Virus record (IMG/VR): IMGVR_UViG_3300002091_000027
Coordinates: 1 to 64,000 of that record
Direction: 5' to 3' (one strand)
Length of the DNA: 64,000 nt
From: a virus
Taxonomy: Duplodnaviria > Caudoviricetes
In this document: piece after piece, positions 53,842 to 62,929 of the stretch
Position numbering within the stretch: position 1 is the stretch's first letter
Layout: the number at the start of each line of letters is the position of its first letter
Program-made: the position numbers and the translations under genes
The notes under the pieces: generated by a model
Told to the model about the DNA's origin: nothing
Databases searched by the model: none
What the model saw: only the letters and a program-made list of their open reading frames with translations

Positions 53842-54396
53842 ATGAGTTTGAACAAGGGTATTAAACGTGGCCTTGAAGGTCTTACAGAGCCTGAACTCGG
53901 GACCAGTCACGATGATAAATTCGGTGAACTTCATGAGTTTGCTGTACGTGCCTTTACTTGGAAAACCAAGCCAGAAGATCTTGAAATGCTTGAAACTATT
54001 GAGCGTGTGGTTGATGATTTCATGAGGGATTATATTGATCCTGCTGAGGTAATCATAGCACGTTTCAATACTGATAAAAGTTTGAACGCAGATGAAGCAG
54101 ATAGGCTGTTCCTCAACCTTCAAAGTGCTATTACAGCGATTGAAGAAGAGGTTACCAGACGGTATCTGAAAGCACAATACTCATATTACATGTTAGATGA
54201 TAAGTATTGGAACGCATGGCGTAAGCCAACTGGTGGTACTCAGAAGGATCTGGAAGCAGTCGCTAAGCTAGAAACTCGTGAAGACAGGCAGTTTTATTTT
54301 GTCCAATACGCAGCTTGGAGAATGATTAACGATAAGGTGCAAAGTCTCAAAGCTACGCAACGTTACATTCAACAACAAATATATCGAAGAAGTTAA
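53842..54396 (+). CDS. Helical protein, possibly UvsY-like recombination mediator
   Basis: Coiled-coil pattern ending KVQSLKATQRYIQQ; context of recombination genes. Weak assignment. Confidence 0.35.
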   Translation: MSLNKGIKRGLEGLTEPELGTSHDDKFGELHEFAVRAFTWKTKPEDLEMLETIERVVDDFMRDYIDPAEVIIARFNTDKSLNADEADRLFLNLQSAITAIEEEVTRRYLKAQYSYYMLDDKYWNAWRKPTGGTQKDLEAVAKLETREDRQFYFVQYAAWRMINDKVQSLKATQRYIQQQIYRRS

Positions 54397-54397
54397 T

Positions 54398-54766
54398 GTG
54401 ACCGAACCATCCCCGAAACGGAAGAGTCGTAAACAAGAAGTTGTACCTGGCAAGATTACTTGGCAAATACTAGAACGACTCTTAAACAATTATTGGGAAT
54501 GGTATGAAATTTATTTAACCACTGGTAATTCTGACTTAAAACTAAACAATGGTGTCACTGTCAACATCTATGACATACTGAAAGGAATAGATCGTTTGCC
54601 TCCACGTCAGAAGCAAGCGGTTGTACTATCATGCCTAGAAAATCGAAAAGAAGTAGAAGTAGCAAAGATAATGGGATTCACGAAATGGAGCAGCCAAGTG
54701 GGGATGTACAAGAGGAAAGCTCTGAAAACCCTGTGCGAAACCGTGTGGAAAACGGAGAACGACTAA
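54398..54766 (+). CDS. Sigma-70 region-4-only HTH protein
   Basis: IDRLPPRQKQAVVL...EVEVAKIMG...V..YKRKALKTL; no region 2. Confidence 0.8.
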   Translation: MTEPSPKRKSRKQEVVPGKITWQILERLLNNYWEWYEIYLTTGNSDLKLNNGVTVNIYDILKGIDRLPPRQKQAVVLSCLENRKEVEVAKIMGFTKWSSQVGMYKRKALKTLCETVWKTEND

Positions 54767-55113
54767 ACCCTCAATCAGTTTTTAATGAACTGGAAGAGAA
54801 ATACCAGGACAAGCTACCAAAAAACTGGAGTGAACTTAACTATAGTCAAAAGTTGGAATGGTTTGCTCACCGTATGCTGCTTGATGAGCGTGAATCTATT
54901 CGTCAAGAGTATGGCAACGATGTTGCTCGCGAAGGTGGCTTTCTCAGCGACTACCAGTTGGAACGACGTAGACGTAGAGAAGTACATTCTAAGTTAGATA
55001 GCTGGGATGATGTACCACCACGACAGGGTGTCTTTAGTAGAATCTATGTCGATAAAAACAATCTATTAACACCAGGCAACCCAGAGGAAAATAATGGACC
55101 GAAGAACACGTGA
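54745..55113 (+). CDS. Hypothetical protein
   Basis: Start uncertain (GTG 54745 chosen); overlaps both neighbours. Confidence 0.55.
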   Translation: MENGERLNPQSVFNELEEKYQDKLPKNWSELNYSQKLEWFAHRMLLDERESIRQEYGNDVAREGGFLSDYQLERRRRREVHSKLDSWDDVPPRQGVFSRIYVDKNNLLTPGNPEENNGPKNT

Positions 55114-55819
55114 ATACAATGAGTTGGTAAAAATGACACCAACCACTCAAGAATTGTTGAGCGAAGAAATTGATGGTGAAATCTACCTTTATAAGTCATC
55201 ACCAAACTGTAAGATTTGTACAACCAGCGATGATTTAAAGAATATCATTGACTCGTTGCTGTTGTTCCCTAAAACTTATAAAGAAGTTCTTAGGTCTATA
55301 GAACCTATCCAAGACAAGCTAGGTATGGAAGGCAGCGAACGTATTAACTACGAAAACATTCGTAACCACCAAAAGCGACACTTGCCATTTGAAAAACTTA
55401 TGGTTCGTGAAATTGTAGAAAAACGTGCTGCTGAAAAGAATCGTAGCATTCTTGACGCTGGTGAACGTTTGCTTACTGCTGAAGCTTTTTATGAAGTTAT
55501 TGTAGCAAAAGGGTTTGAAGGAATTGCCCAGGGGTATGACAAACCTACTCTTACCCAGACTATGTACGCCATGGACATGCTTACCAAGCTTGAAAAAGAA
55601 GGTAGAGATGACTACCGCCCAGAAGAATTGGTTAACCAGCTGGATATGATCCTTACGGCTATCCGTGAAGTTCTGCCTGCTGACATGAAAGAAGCCTTGT
55701 TCGACAAAATTGAGGAACTCCAATTGGGCACCGCTCCCAAGAAAAAGGCTAGGCGTTTGCCTGAAGCAGAGATTATAGACGCTGATTATGTTGATGAAGA
55801 CCTCGAGGAAGACCAATAA
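55094..55819 (+). CDS. Zn/HTH protein, candidate terminase small subunit
   Basis: CKIC...TYKEV...IRNHQKRHL, then helical C-terminal region with acidic end. Confidence 0.4.
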   Translation: MDRRTREYNELVKMTPTTQELLSEEIDGEIYLYKSSPNCKICTTSDDLKNIIDSLLLFPKTYKEVLRSIEPIQDKLGMEGSERINYENIRNHQKRHLPFEKLMVREIVEKRAAEKNRSILDAGERLLTAEAFYEVIVAKGFEGIAQGYDKPTLTQTMYAMDMLTKLEKEGRDDYRPEELVNQLDMILTAIREVLPADMKEALFDKIEELQLGTAPKKKARRLPEAEIIDADYVDEDLEEDQ

Positions 55820-55884
55820 AACCCTGTAGTTTTATGTAAAAGATGCTGTAAAACGCTTGAGTTATTGTAAACATAGGGGTATAT

Positions 55885-56373
55885 ATGGCTAAATGGTTTA
55901 GAAGAGAGTACAAAGATACTGCTCGTCGTCCCATTAAAATAGAAAACTTCCCTGCAGAACTTTATTGGATTGCTGACCCTGGTCACCTTGATCCACGCAT
56001 GAGAGAAGCAGCTGGTGCTGTTGACGTATCACCTGGTGACATTGAACGTATACGTGGTGGAAGAGACCGTTCCGGTGCTATGAGTGGTGCTGGTATTCCC
56101 TCCAGTGAAATGGACTACCACAAGACCCCTAGACAATTTCTTACTAGAAATGCCAGATTATTTTGGGCTGGTTTGGGTAACAAAGCAGGGGGTAGCAAAA
56201 CTATACCACATTGTTTTAGATGTGATCAACCTGTTGAAGTTTCACAAGCTGAACTAGTAGAGAATGAATCTTCACCTACTGGATGGGACTATCAACACAA
56301 GTCATTTGCATACGGTGGTTGCAATGAAACACAGAGTAGAACTGAATTTGGTCCAAAGGGTCGAGGACGTTAA
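55885..56373 (+). CDS. Hypothetical protein with C-terminal CxxC..W..H..C module
   Basis: HCFRCDQPV...GWDYQH...GGC. Confidence 0.6.
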   Translation: MAKWFRREYKDTARRPIKIENFPAELYWIADPGHLDPRMREAAGAVDVSPGDIERIRGGRDRSGAMSGAGIPSSEMDYHKTPRQFLTRNARLFWAGLGNKAGGSKTIPHCFRCDQPVEVSQAELVENESSPTGWDYQHKSFAYGGCNETQSRTEFGPKGRGR

Positions 56374-56375
56374 CC

Positions 56376-57257
56376 GTGTTAGAGAACGAAAATGAAATTC
56401 GTAAAATGCAAGGAGAGTATCAAAACAAATCTGATACTCTTAGCAATGGTGTCCTTCTTCTACAGAATAGTGCTAATGCTGCAAAAAATCCTAAGCAAGT
56501 TAAGGAAAGAACAGAACGTGCAAAAGATGCAGTTGATTCTAGTTTATTTGAATTGTACGATAACTTACAAAAAAATTGCGATTCTGTTGTTCGACTAGGA
56601 CCTTCTGCTTTCCCTAACGTCGATGGCAATTTTGATAGTACAACTGGTCAGTTTAATATTGATAATTCACCTGCTTATTCTAAAATTTTAAATCAATATT
56701 TTCCATCACTTTACACCATGGCAAAGACATCGGGTGAGCACTACCTTCCTGGTGATAGGAAAATAACGCCTTGTTTTAGTACGACGTTAGATAGTCCAAT
56801 GCTTTCAAAAATATTGGTTGGTCGTAGAAAGAATGCAGATTTTAGAGATGTTGAAGTACCAGATCTAACTCAACAACGTGCACTTCAACTATGTTCTGGA
56901 CCAAAATGTACGGATTGCATTGACTGTGGTGTACATCAAGATGAACTACACAAGGCTCTTACTGGCATAGCACGCAGTCCACAAGATATGCGTAGCTTAC
57001 ACATGAAGAATCTTATAACTGTGCTTAACAGTTGGGCTGTCCATCAAAATAGCAGAGGTGGTAACCGCAACACTCAAGATGATCCAAGATTCCAGGAATG
57101 CAGCGGCAACCATCAAAGATTGGGCACAGCTTTAAAAATGATAGGACATAGACTACACCTAGCTTATAACGATGATTATAAAACAACCGGTGGTCTTGGT
57201 GGTGGTAGACACAGAGATAGATTTTCTGGTTACGGTGATGATATGAGTGCATACTAA
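56376..57257 (+). CDS. Hypothetical Cys/His-containing protein
   Basis: CSGPKCTDCIDCGVH...LNSWAVH; GTG start uncertain. Confidence 0.6.
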   Translation: MLENENEIRKMQGEYQNKSDTLSNGVLLLQNSANAAKNPKQVKERTERAKDAVDSSLFELYDNLQKNCDSVVRLGPSAFPNVDGNFDSTTGQFNIDNSPAYSKILNQYFPSLYTMAKTSGEHYLPGDRKITPCFSTTLDSPMLSKILVGRRKNADFRDVEVPDLTQQRALQLCSGPKCTDCIDCGVHQDELHKALTGIARSPQDMRSLHMKNLITVLNSWAVHQNSRGGNRNTQDDPRFQECSGNHQRLGTALKMIGHRLHLAYNDDYKTTGGLGGGRHRDRFSGYGDDMSAY

Positions 57258-59596
57258 TGAAACTTCTTGAACTATTTAGACCAAGACAAGCTGCATTTGC
57301 AGCTGAACCTCTTGATCCAACAATGATACCTAGTCACAGTGCTTGCAACTGTGCAGATATATTGTTGGGAGACCATGCTGCAGAAGTTAAAGCAGGATTG
57401 GATAGTGGTGGAAATCGTAGACAATTTCACCAAAACATTGCTGGTAAAATTTTAGATATTATGTTTAACAGCCCTGATAGATCAGAGGCTAAAGGTATTT
57501 TAGGTAGAATTAAAAGAACACAACCATCACCAAATCCTGCAGAGGAATGGGAACGTCACCTCCTCATGCACCTTGATGGTGCTGGCATTACTCACAGAGA
57601 CCTTGGGTTTAATGACAGTGAATTAAGTTCAGAATATATTAAAGGTCGTGAACTCGCTGGACAAGCAGCTAGAGCCGCTGAACCAACAGATTATGATACT
57701 ACACACTGTGGTACATGTGCATCGTACCTCACTCACCTACAAGATCAAGCTCGCAAATTCCATTCAGCAATCAATAAAGGTGTTGAGAATTTACCTGAAT
57801 CTCAAAAGCCATACGCTGAAATGAGCACCAAAGGTTTGTTTAATAGGCTATGGCATTCTTGGACTAATAAAGAACCTATCAAAAATGATGATCACCCAAT
57901 CGTTGCACAAGGCAATGATATTCTTCGTGCTTGGAATGCTCACAGCGAACAACAACACGGCTCATCTCTTGATCCTTACGCACACTTAAGAAACACACCG
58001 GTAGTTGATGACTCCACTGGCAACAGATTTGATAATTTATATCGTAATTTTGAAAATATGTCACCTGGATGGTCACTAACACGTCGACCAGATGCACCAG
58101 AAATGAGTGAAGTAACTAGACAAGATCTAGAAAGTTTATTTCCATATCAAAATGTATACCAAGAAGGTTACTCTAAAGATATCACACCGGAAGAAAGAAC
58201 AGAAGCTCGTGAACTTGCTGATGTTATGAAGCAAGAGGGTGAGATGCAAGAATATACCCTTCCTGGTATCGGTAAGACACCTAAAACTATTTTTCCTGAA
58301 GGCAGTATGGATCCTGAAAAAATGGAAAGAGCTATCGTTAAAGATAAATTAACCGGTAAAGAACAAGAACTGCTTGTAGAACCTAGACCAATAGGTTATG
58401 AAGAAGGCAACGTCAATGCACCGCAAAGATACATTGAAACAGAAAATATAACCGGTATTCAACGAGGCAAGAATTACCAAACGCAACGTAAATCTCTTGA
58501 TACTGAAACAACTTACGATCCAGAACATTTAACTATTGATGATAGCAATGGAAAATCTTATGGTGTTAAACACAACTGGTTGCTCAAACCAGTGGAATAT
58601 TCTACTGAACTAGAAGGTCGTCCAGAAATTAAACAAACTTGGACTAACCATGCTACTAAGGGAACTTGCGATCACTGCGGTAAAACTTCATGTGATGGAT
58701 GGCATGCAGATGATATGACAGATATTGCTTCTATCCCACGTGAGGATGCATTTTTGTTCCAAAAAGCTGGCATCCAACCAGATCTTGTTGCTCATAAGAA
58801 ATATAAAAAAGATGTACGAGCATACGAATCACAGCCTACACACTACGATACTGGCAAAGTAGAAACAGTTACTCGTCCTGTTACGACTATACATCCTATA
58901 GAGGGTATTCAACCTGTTCTTGATGAAAAAGGAAATCCAATGCATGAAACATTCCAAGTGAATGTAATGCAAGAAATTCCATCAGAACAAAGATTATCTA
59001 AACCATCTGCTGAAAAAGCTGTAGGAAATTACGCTAAATCATACAAACAAGCTCTAGAAACAGCATACCCAGGCATGTCTGAAGAAACGGCTCGCACTGC
59101 TTTAACCAACGAACACCAAACAGAAACAAATAGATTAGAATCTCGCAGAGAGAAATACCGTACAAGCTCTAAGAAAGAGGACACTATGTCAAAATTTAAT
59201 TCAAGCAACAACAAGGAAGCGCACTGGAGTCTCCCTTTTGTTGAGCCAGCAATTCATGCTATTCAACACGGTGTACACACTGTTGGTGACTGGGCAGGTA
59301 GAGCACTACATGATATGGCTCACCCAATCACTCACCCATTCACTGGTGACGCACACCATCTTAAAGATCTTCAAACAACTGCAGACCAACTAAAAAGTAT
59401 TGAACCTAATGGTGGTATGGGAAGAACTATCGCAGACCAAAATTTACAATACTATACAGAACAAAACACTGGCAATAGCATAAATGTTCCAGGTGCAGTT
59501 GCTGATGCTGTTTTAATTGCTGCTCCGTTTGCTATTAAAAAACGTTTAAATTCATTTACAGATCGTTATAAATCTGATAGAGTAAATGAAGAATAA
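57257..59596 (+). CDS. Large hypothetical protein (779 aa), with a probable internal start at 59186
   Basis: Several Cys/His clusters; internal TAAGAAAGAGGACACT-ATG. Confidence 0.65.
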   Translation: MKLLELFRPRQAAFAAEPLDPTMIPSHSACNCADILLGDHAAEVKAGLDSGGNRRQFHQNIAGKILDIMFNSPDRSEAKGILGRIKRTQPSPNPAEEWERHLLMHLDGAGITHRDLGFNDSELSSEYIKGRELAGQAARAAEPTDYDTTHCGTCASYLTHLQDQARKFHSAINKGVENLPESQKPYAEMSTKGLFNRLWHSWTNKEPIKNDDHPIVAQGNDILRAWNAHSEQQHGSSLDPYAHLRNTPVVDDSTGNRFDNLYRNFENMSPGWSLTRRPDAPEMSEVTRQDLESLFPYQNVYQEGYSKDITPEERTEARELADVMKQEGEMQEYTLPGIGKTPKTIFPEGSMDPEKMERAIVKDKLTGKEQELLVEPRPIGYEEGNVNAPQRYIETENITGIQRGKNYQTQRKSLDTETTYDPEHLTIDDSNGKSYGVKHNWLLKPVEYSTELEGRPEIKQTWTNHATKGTCDHCGKTSCDGWHADDMTDIASIPREDAFLFQKAGIQPDLVAHKKYKKDVRAYESQPTHYDTGKVETVTRPVTTIHPIEGIQPVLDEKGNPMHETFQVNVMQEIPSEQRLSKPSAEKAVGNYAKSYKQALETAYPGMSEETARTALTNEHQTETNRLESRREKYRTSSKKEDTMSKFNSSNNKEAHWSLPFVEPAIHAIQHGVHTVGDWAGRALHDMAHPITHPFTGDAHHLKDLQTTADQLKSIEPNGGMGRTIADQNLQYYTEQNTGNSINVPGAVADAVLIAAPFAIKKRLNSFTDRYKSDRVNEE

Positions 59597-59616
59597 TAGG
59601 CAATAGAAAGAAGACC

Positions 59617-60117
59617 ATGGCCATTACAGACCCTAATCAAATTGGTGGTATCCGTCCGGAAGACGTTAAGGTAACCCCAGAACAACAAGCACAGATCAAT
59701 GCGTATCTTGCTGAACAAAAGCGTGAGGAAGAAGAACTCGGTAAGGAACAAACCGTCGAATTGATGGAGAGTGAACTTATGGGTGTTTGGAAACTTCTCC
59801 AAGAACTACAATACAAATACGGTAACCGTAAAGGTAGCTTTGAGAACTTAACTAGTCTACGTGGAGAAGCTGAAGAAAAGTTTGCTGCGCTAGGTTTTCT
59901 TGTTGTAGTCGACTGGGTTATGCCTGGTCTTATGCAAAAGAACGGTAGAAATGCACCAGAGCCACCAACAATCACTATCGTAGGTCGTATTGCCAGTGAA
60001 TTCAACAACGAACAGAATCGTTTTGAAACAGGTGCTGGTGTTGCTGATGATTACTACGATGCAAAGCGTAAAGCTTTGGGTATGAGCAGTAAAAAACTCA
60101 TCCTTCCAGGTCAATAA
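59617..60117 (+). CDS. Hypothetical protein
   Basis: ORF with biased codon usage and a purine-rich RBS. Confidence 0.65.
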   Translation: MAITDPNQIGGIRPEDVKVTPEQQAQINAYLAEQKREEEELGKEQTVELMESELMGVWKLLQELQYKYGNRKGSFENLTSLRGEAEEKFAALGFLVVVDWVMPGLMQKNGRNAPEPPTITIVGRIASEFNNEQNRFETGAGVADDYYDAKRKALGMSSKKLILPGQ

Positions 60118-60120
60118 ACT

Positions 60121-61449
60121 ATGCAGTGGCGTCCACGTTTCGGCAATCTTATAAGAAAAACGAGACCTGTTACGTCTAACGTCGTTACCGCTGCTCCAGA
60201 TGATATGCCCGAACTACAGAAGGCTACTGAAGCGTTGATGAATTATGAACGAAAGAAACCTGTTGTTGAACAAACAACACCAGAGTCAACAACAACGTTT
60301 AATGCTGTTCCACGATCTACATTTGTTGCACCGACAGAGGGGCCTGGATCGAATTGGCATCCAGTTATTCAGAATGCTATTGATAAGCAACATGAGATAG
60401 AATTAGTTTATCGAGGTGCTAAGGATACACAAGGTGTACAACGTGTAATTATTCCTACAGAAATGGGCCCAGGAAGAGAGCCTAATGTTACAGCGTTGAG
60501 AGCATTTGATCCTAATTCCGGTGTTCATAAAGAATTCCGCACAGATCGTATCATTAAAATGCTTGAATCACGCCCTCGATCAGTGGAACCAACAGAAGAT
60601 CCAACACCATTGACAGTAGCACCAGTGCAACGTCAAGCACCACAAAGTAGAGCAGACAATATTTTATCAGATCCTTTGAATTTATATTCATATGAAGACA
60701 AGGCTGGGTACATTGAACCTACACCAGAAGAATATGAAGAATTGCGTACGTTAGATATAGACCATGATACACATGATAAAGCTACAATCAGAAGGCTGCG
60801 CAATAAAGGTGCATCACACATTCAATTGAAAGAAGTTGCACAGCAACAAGAAGGTCCAATACCATACGAGGATTACGAGCGAGCACTTGAAACTACTGGT
60901 AATCACACGTCAGCAATACAAGAAGCATTAAAAATGCGTGACCGCGATAAAGAACAAATTGCAACCAATCAACAAAGAGTCAATGCTTTCCCAAATTATA
61001 ATGAAAAACGTTTATTGTCACCACAAGATCATTCTGAAGGGGCACAATCTTTGTTTGTTCATCATCTTCAATTAAGAAATGCTCCAGAATTTTCTGCAGA
61101 TGCTCGTGGTCCATACCTTCCTATACAAGATAGACGCAGAGCCAATGAATGGGTTTTAAGTGAGTTATCTAAAATTTATCCATCGTTTAAAGATAAAATT
61201 CAAAGTGATTATTTTAATAACCTAGAAACATTGCAAGGCGATAATATTCAACGTATGGACGGTGTTCAAAATCGTAATTACTATGATGTAGTCAATGCTC
61301 TAGCTAAACACCACGGTGGATTGCTTGCTACTGCTACTGATCATGCATCTCTCGTAAAACAACGTAGAATTATGAAAGTATTGGCTCATGTAGGCAATGC
61401 TAGATTCTATCCACATGATTACAACGCTGACATGTACGAGGAAGCATAA
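60121..61449 (+). CDS. WYL-domain protein
   Basis: IQNAIDKQHEIELVYRG...RVIIP...LRAFD...KEFRTDRI (aa ~80-147). Confidence 0.75.
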   Translation: MQWRPRFGNLIRKTRPVTSNVVTAAPDDMPELQKATEALMNYERKKPVVEQTTPESTTTFNAVPRSTFVAPTEGPGSNWHPVIQNAIDKQHEIELVYRGAKDTQGVQRVIIPTEMGPGREPNVTALRAFDPNSGVHKEFRTDRIIKMLESRPRSVEPTEDPTPLTVAPVQRQAPQSRADNILSDPLNLYSYEDKAGYIEPTPEEYEELRTLDIDHDTHDKATIRRLRNKGASHIQLKEVAQQQEGPIPYEDYERALETTGNHTSAIQEALKMRDRDKEQIATNQQRVNAFPNYNEKRLLSPQDHSEGAQSLFVHHLQLRNAPEFSADARGPYLPIQDRRRANEWVLSELSKIYPSFKDKIQSDYFNNLETLQGDNIQRMDGVQNRNYYDVVNALAKHHGGLLATATDHASLVKQRRIMKVLAHVGNARFYPHDYNADMYEEA

Positions 61450-62363
61450 TGTTTAACAGTAAACTTTCGAACGTTCGTGATGATGGTAAATTCTATGAAA
61501 TGCCAAAAGGTAGGCTGATTGGTTTTGACACAGAAACTACTGGTTTATGGGGACCACCGTTAACTTGTGCATGTTCTGACCATCAAACTGAACGAGGTGG
61601 CCTACCTGTTCGTGATTGTCCAAGAATAGCACCTACAATTAGAGCAAAAGACAAAGCATTTGGCGCAGGTCAAGAATCTGGTAAAGATATGAGTTTGCAC
61701 GAGCCATTAAGTTATGGGTTTACAACTTATAAAGATGGTCAGCAAATTCAAAATGAGTCAGAAACATATCTTGTTAAGCCAGATCAACATGCATTAGACA
61801 CAATGATGGCAGACCCTCAAAGATTTGCATTTAGAACGCATGGTTTTACTCCAAGGGATCTTGAAAATTCTTATAGTGGATTGCACATAATAAACAATGG
61901 CATAGCATACCCTCCAGCAATAGATAGAGTTACTGGTATGAGGCGTGCTGTTGATAGGCTTGCAGATGTTTATCGCAACGGAGATACACTTGTTGGTGCA
62001 AATTTATTAGACTTTGATATTCCTATGTTAGCCCATCACTTTGCAAGAGCAACTGGTTCTACTATTCAATCTGCTGGTTTTAATCCTCAAAAAATGTACG
62101 ACGAAGGTAGAATTATTGACGTTATGAAGCATCAGTGGGCAATGGATGGTAGACCTGTCAATAAGAATAATCGTCCAAATTATAGGGCACTATCGGATTC
62201 AAAGATTCGTGAAAAAGAAAAAGATACGTTATCAGATATCTATGGAATTGAACAGGGTAATCATACCGCTGCGGAAGATGCTAGAGCTTCCATTGACGTT
62301 GCTATAAAACAAATTCTAACAAATAACGGGCAATTTCGCCCCAATCCAATAAGGTTAAAGTAA
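61449..62363 (+). CDS. DEDDh 3'-5' exonuclease (DnaQ-like) with Cys/His insertion
   Basis: FDTETTG, GANLLDFDIPML, HTAAEDA. Confidence 0.88.
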   Translation: MFNSKLSNVRDDGKFYEMPKGRLIGFDTETTGLWGPPLTCACSDHQTERGGLPVRDCPRIAPTIRAKDKAFGAGQESGKDMSLHEPLSYGFTTYKDGQQIQNESETYLVKPDQHALDTMMADPQRFAFRTHGFTPRDLENSYSGLHIINNGIAYPPAIDRVTGMRRAVDRLADVYRNGDTLVGANLLDFDIPMLAHHFARATGSTIQSAGFNPQKMYDEGRIIDVMKHQWAMDGRPVNKNNRPNYRALSDSKIREKEKDTLSDIYGIEQGNHTAAEDARASIDVAIKQILTNNGQFRPNPIRLK

Positions 62364-62364
62364 T

Positions 62365-62634
62365 ATGAGCTGGGATTTAAACTATATTATAGATAAAACA
62401 ATAAGCAAAACAGCATCAATCGGGGCTAGCGGCCTCGATTATAGTCAATTCTCTCCGTGTACAGGCACCGAGGACTGTGGAACGTGCAAACACATCAATG
62501 CAACCATGCAAGAGAACAAAGACGAAGAGACTGGTGCAATTATTGATAAGGATAATCATGCTATCCATCAACAAGCACTTGACTTTCATAAGACACACAT
62601 ACCCGCAGCAGCGGAAAAACAAGGAGAACAATAA
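62365..62634 (+). CDS. Small Cys/His protein
   Basis: KTAS leader; PCTGTEDCGTC...H..HQQALDFHKTH. Confidence 0.6.
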   Translation: MSWDLNYIIDKTISKTASIGASGLDYSQFSPCTGTEDCGTCKHINATMQENKDEETGAIIDKDNHAIHQQALDFHKTHIPAAAEKQGEQ

Positions 62635-62801
62635 TGAGAAAAGTATCTAGAGCTGAAGAACAATTTACTAGCTTAAACTTTCGTACAGCTGGTGATAAGT
62701 GCTCTACCCCCAAGTGTTATAAAAAACCAGAAGATGGTGCTAGCCACTGTAAAGATTGCGCAGACAAGGTTGCTAATCAAACCAGTCGTGGAGATAACTA
62801 A
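62634..62801 (+). CDS. 55-aa Zn-finger protein
   Basis: FRTAGDKCSTPKC...HCKDC; TAATG coupling. Confidence 0.6.
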   Translation: MRKVSRAEEQFTSLNFRTAGDKCSTPKCYKKPEDGASHCKDCADKVANQTSRGDN

Positions 62802-62926
62802 TGAATTTTAATGAAAGATATGCTAAAGAAGATGGTAAGAAAAAAGAAGCATCTTTTGATGAACGATATGTTAATGATGACAGCGACTGGCGCAACGATT
62901 ATTTTAATTTAGATTCAGATTGGTAA
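62801..62926 (+). CDS. 41-aa internally repeated peptide
   Basis: MNFNERYAKEDGKKKEASFDERYVNDDSDWRNDYFNLDSDW. Confidence 0.55.
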   Translation: MNFNERYAKEDGKKKEASFDERYVNDDSDWRNDYFNLDSDW

Positions 62927-62929
62927 TAG

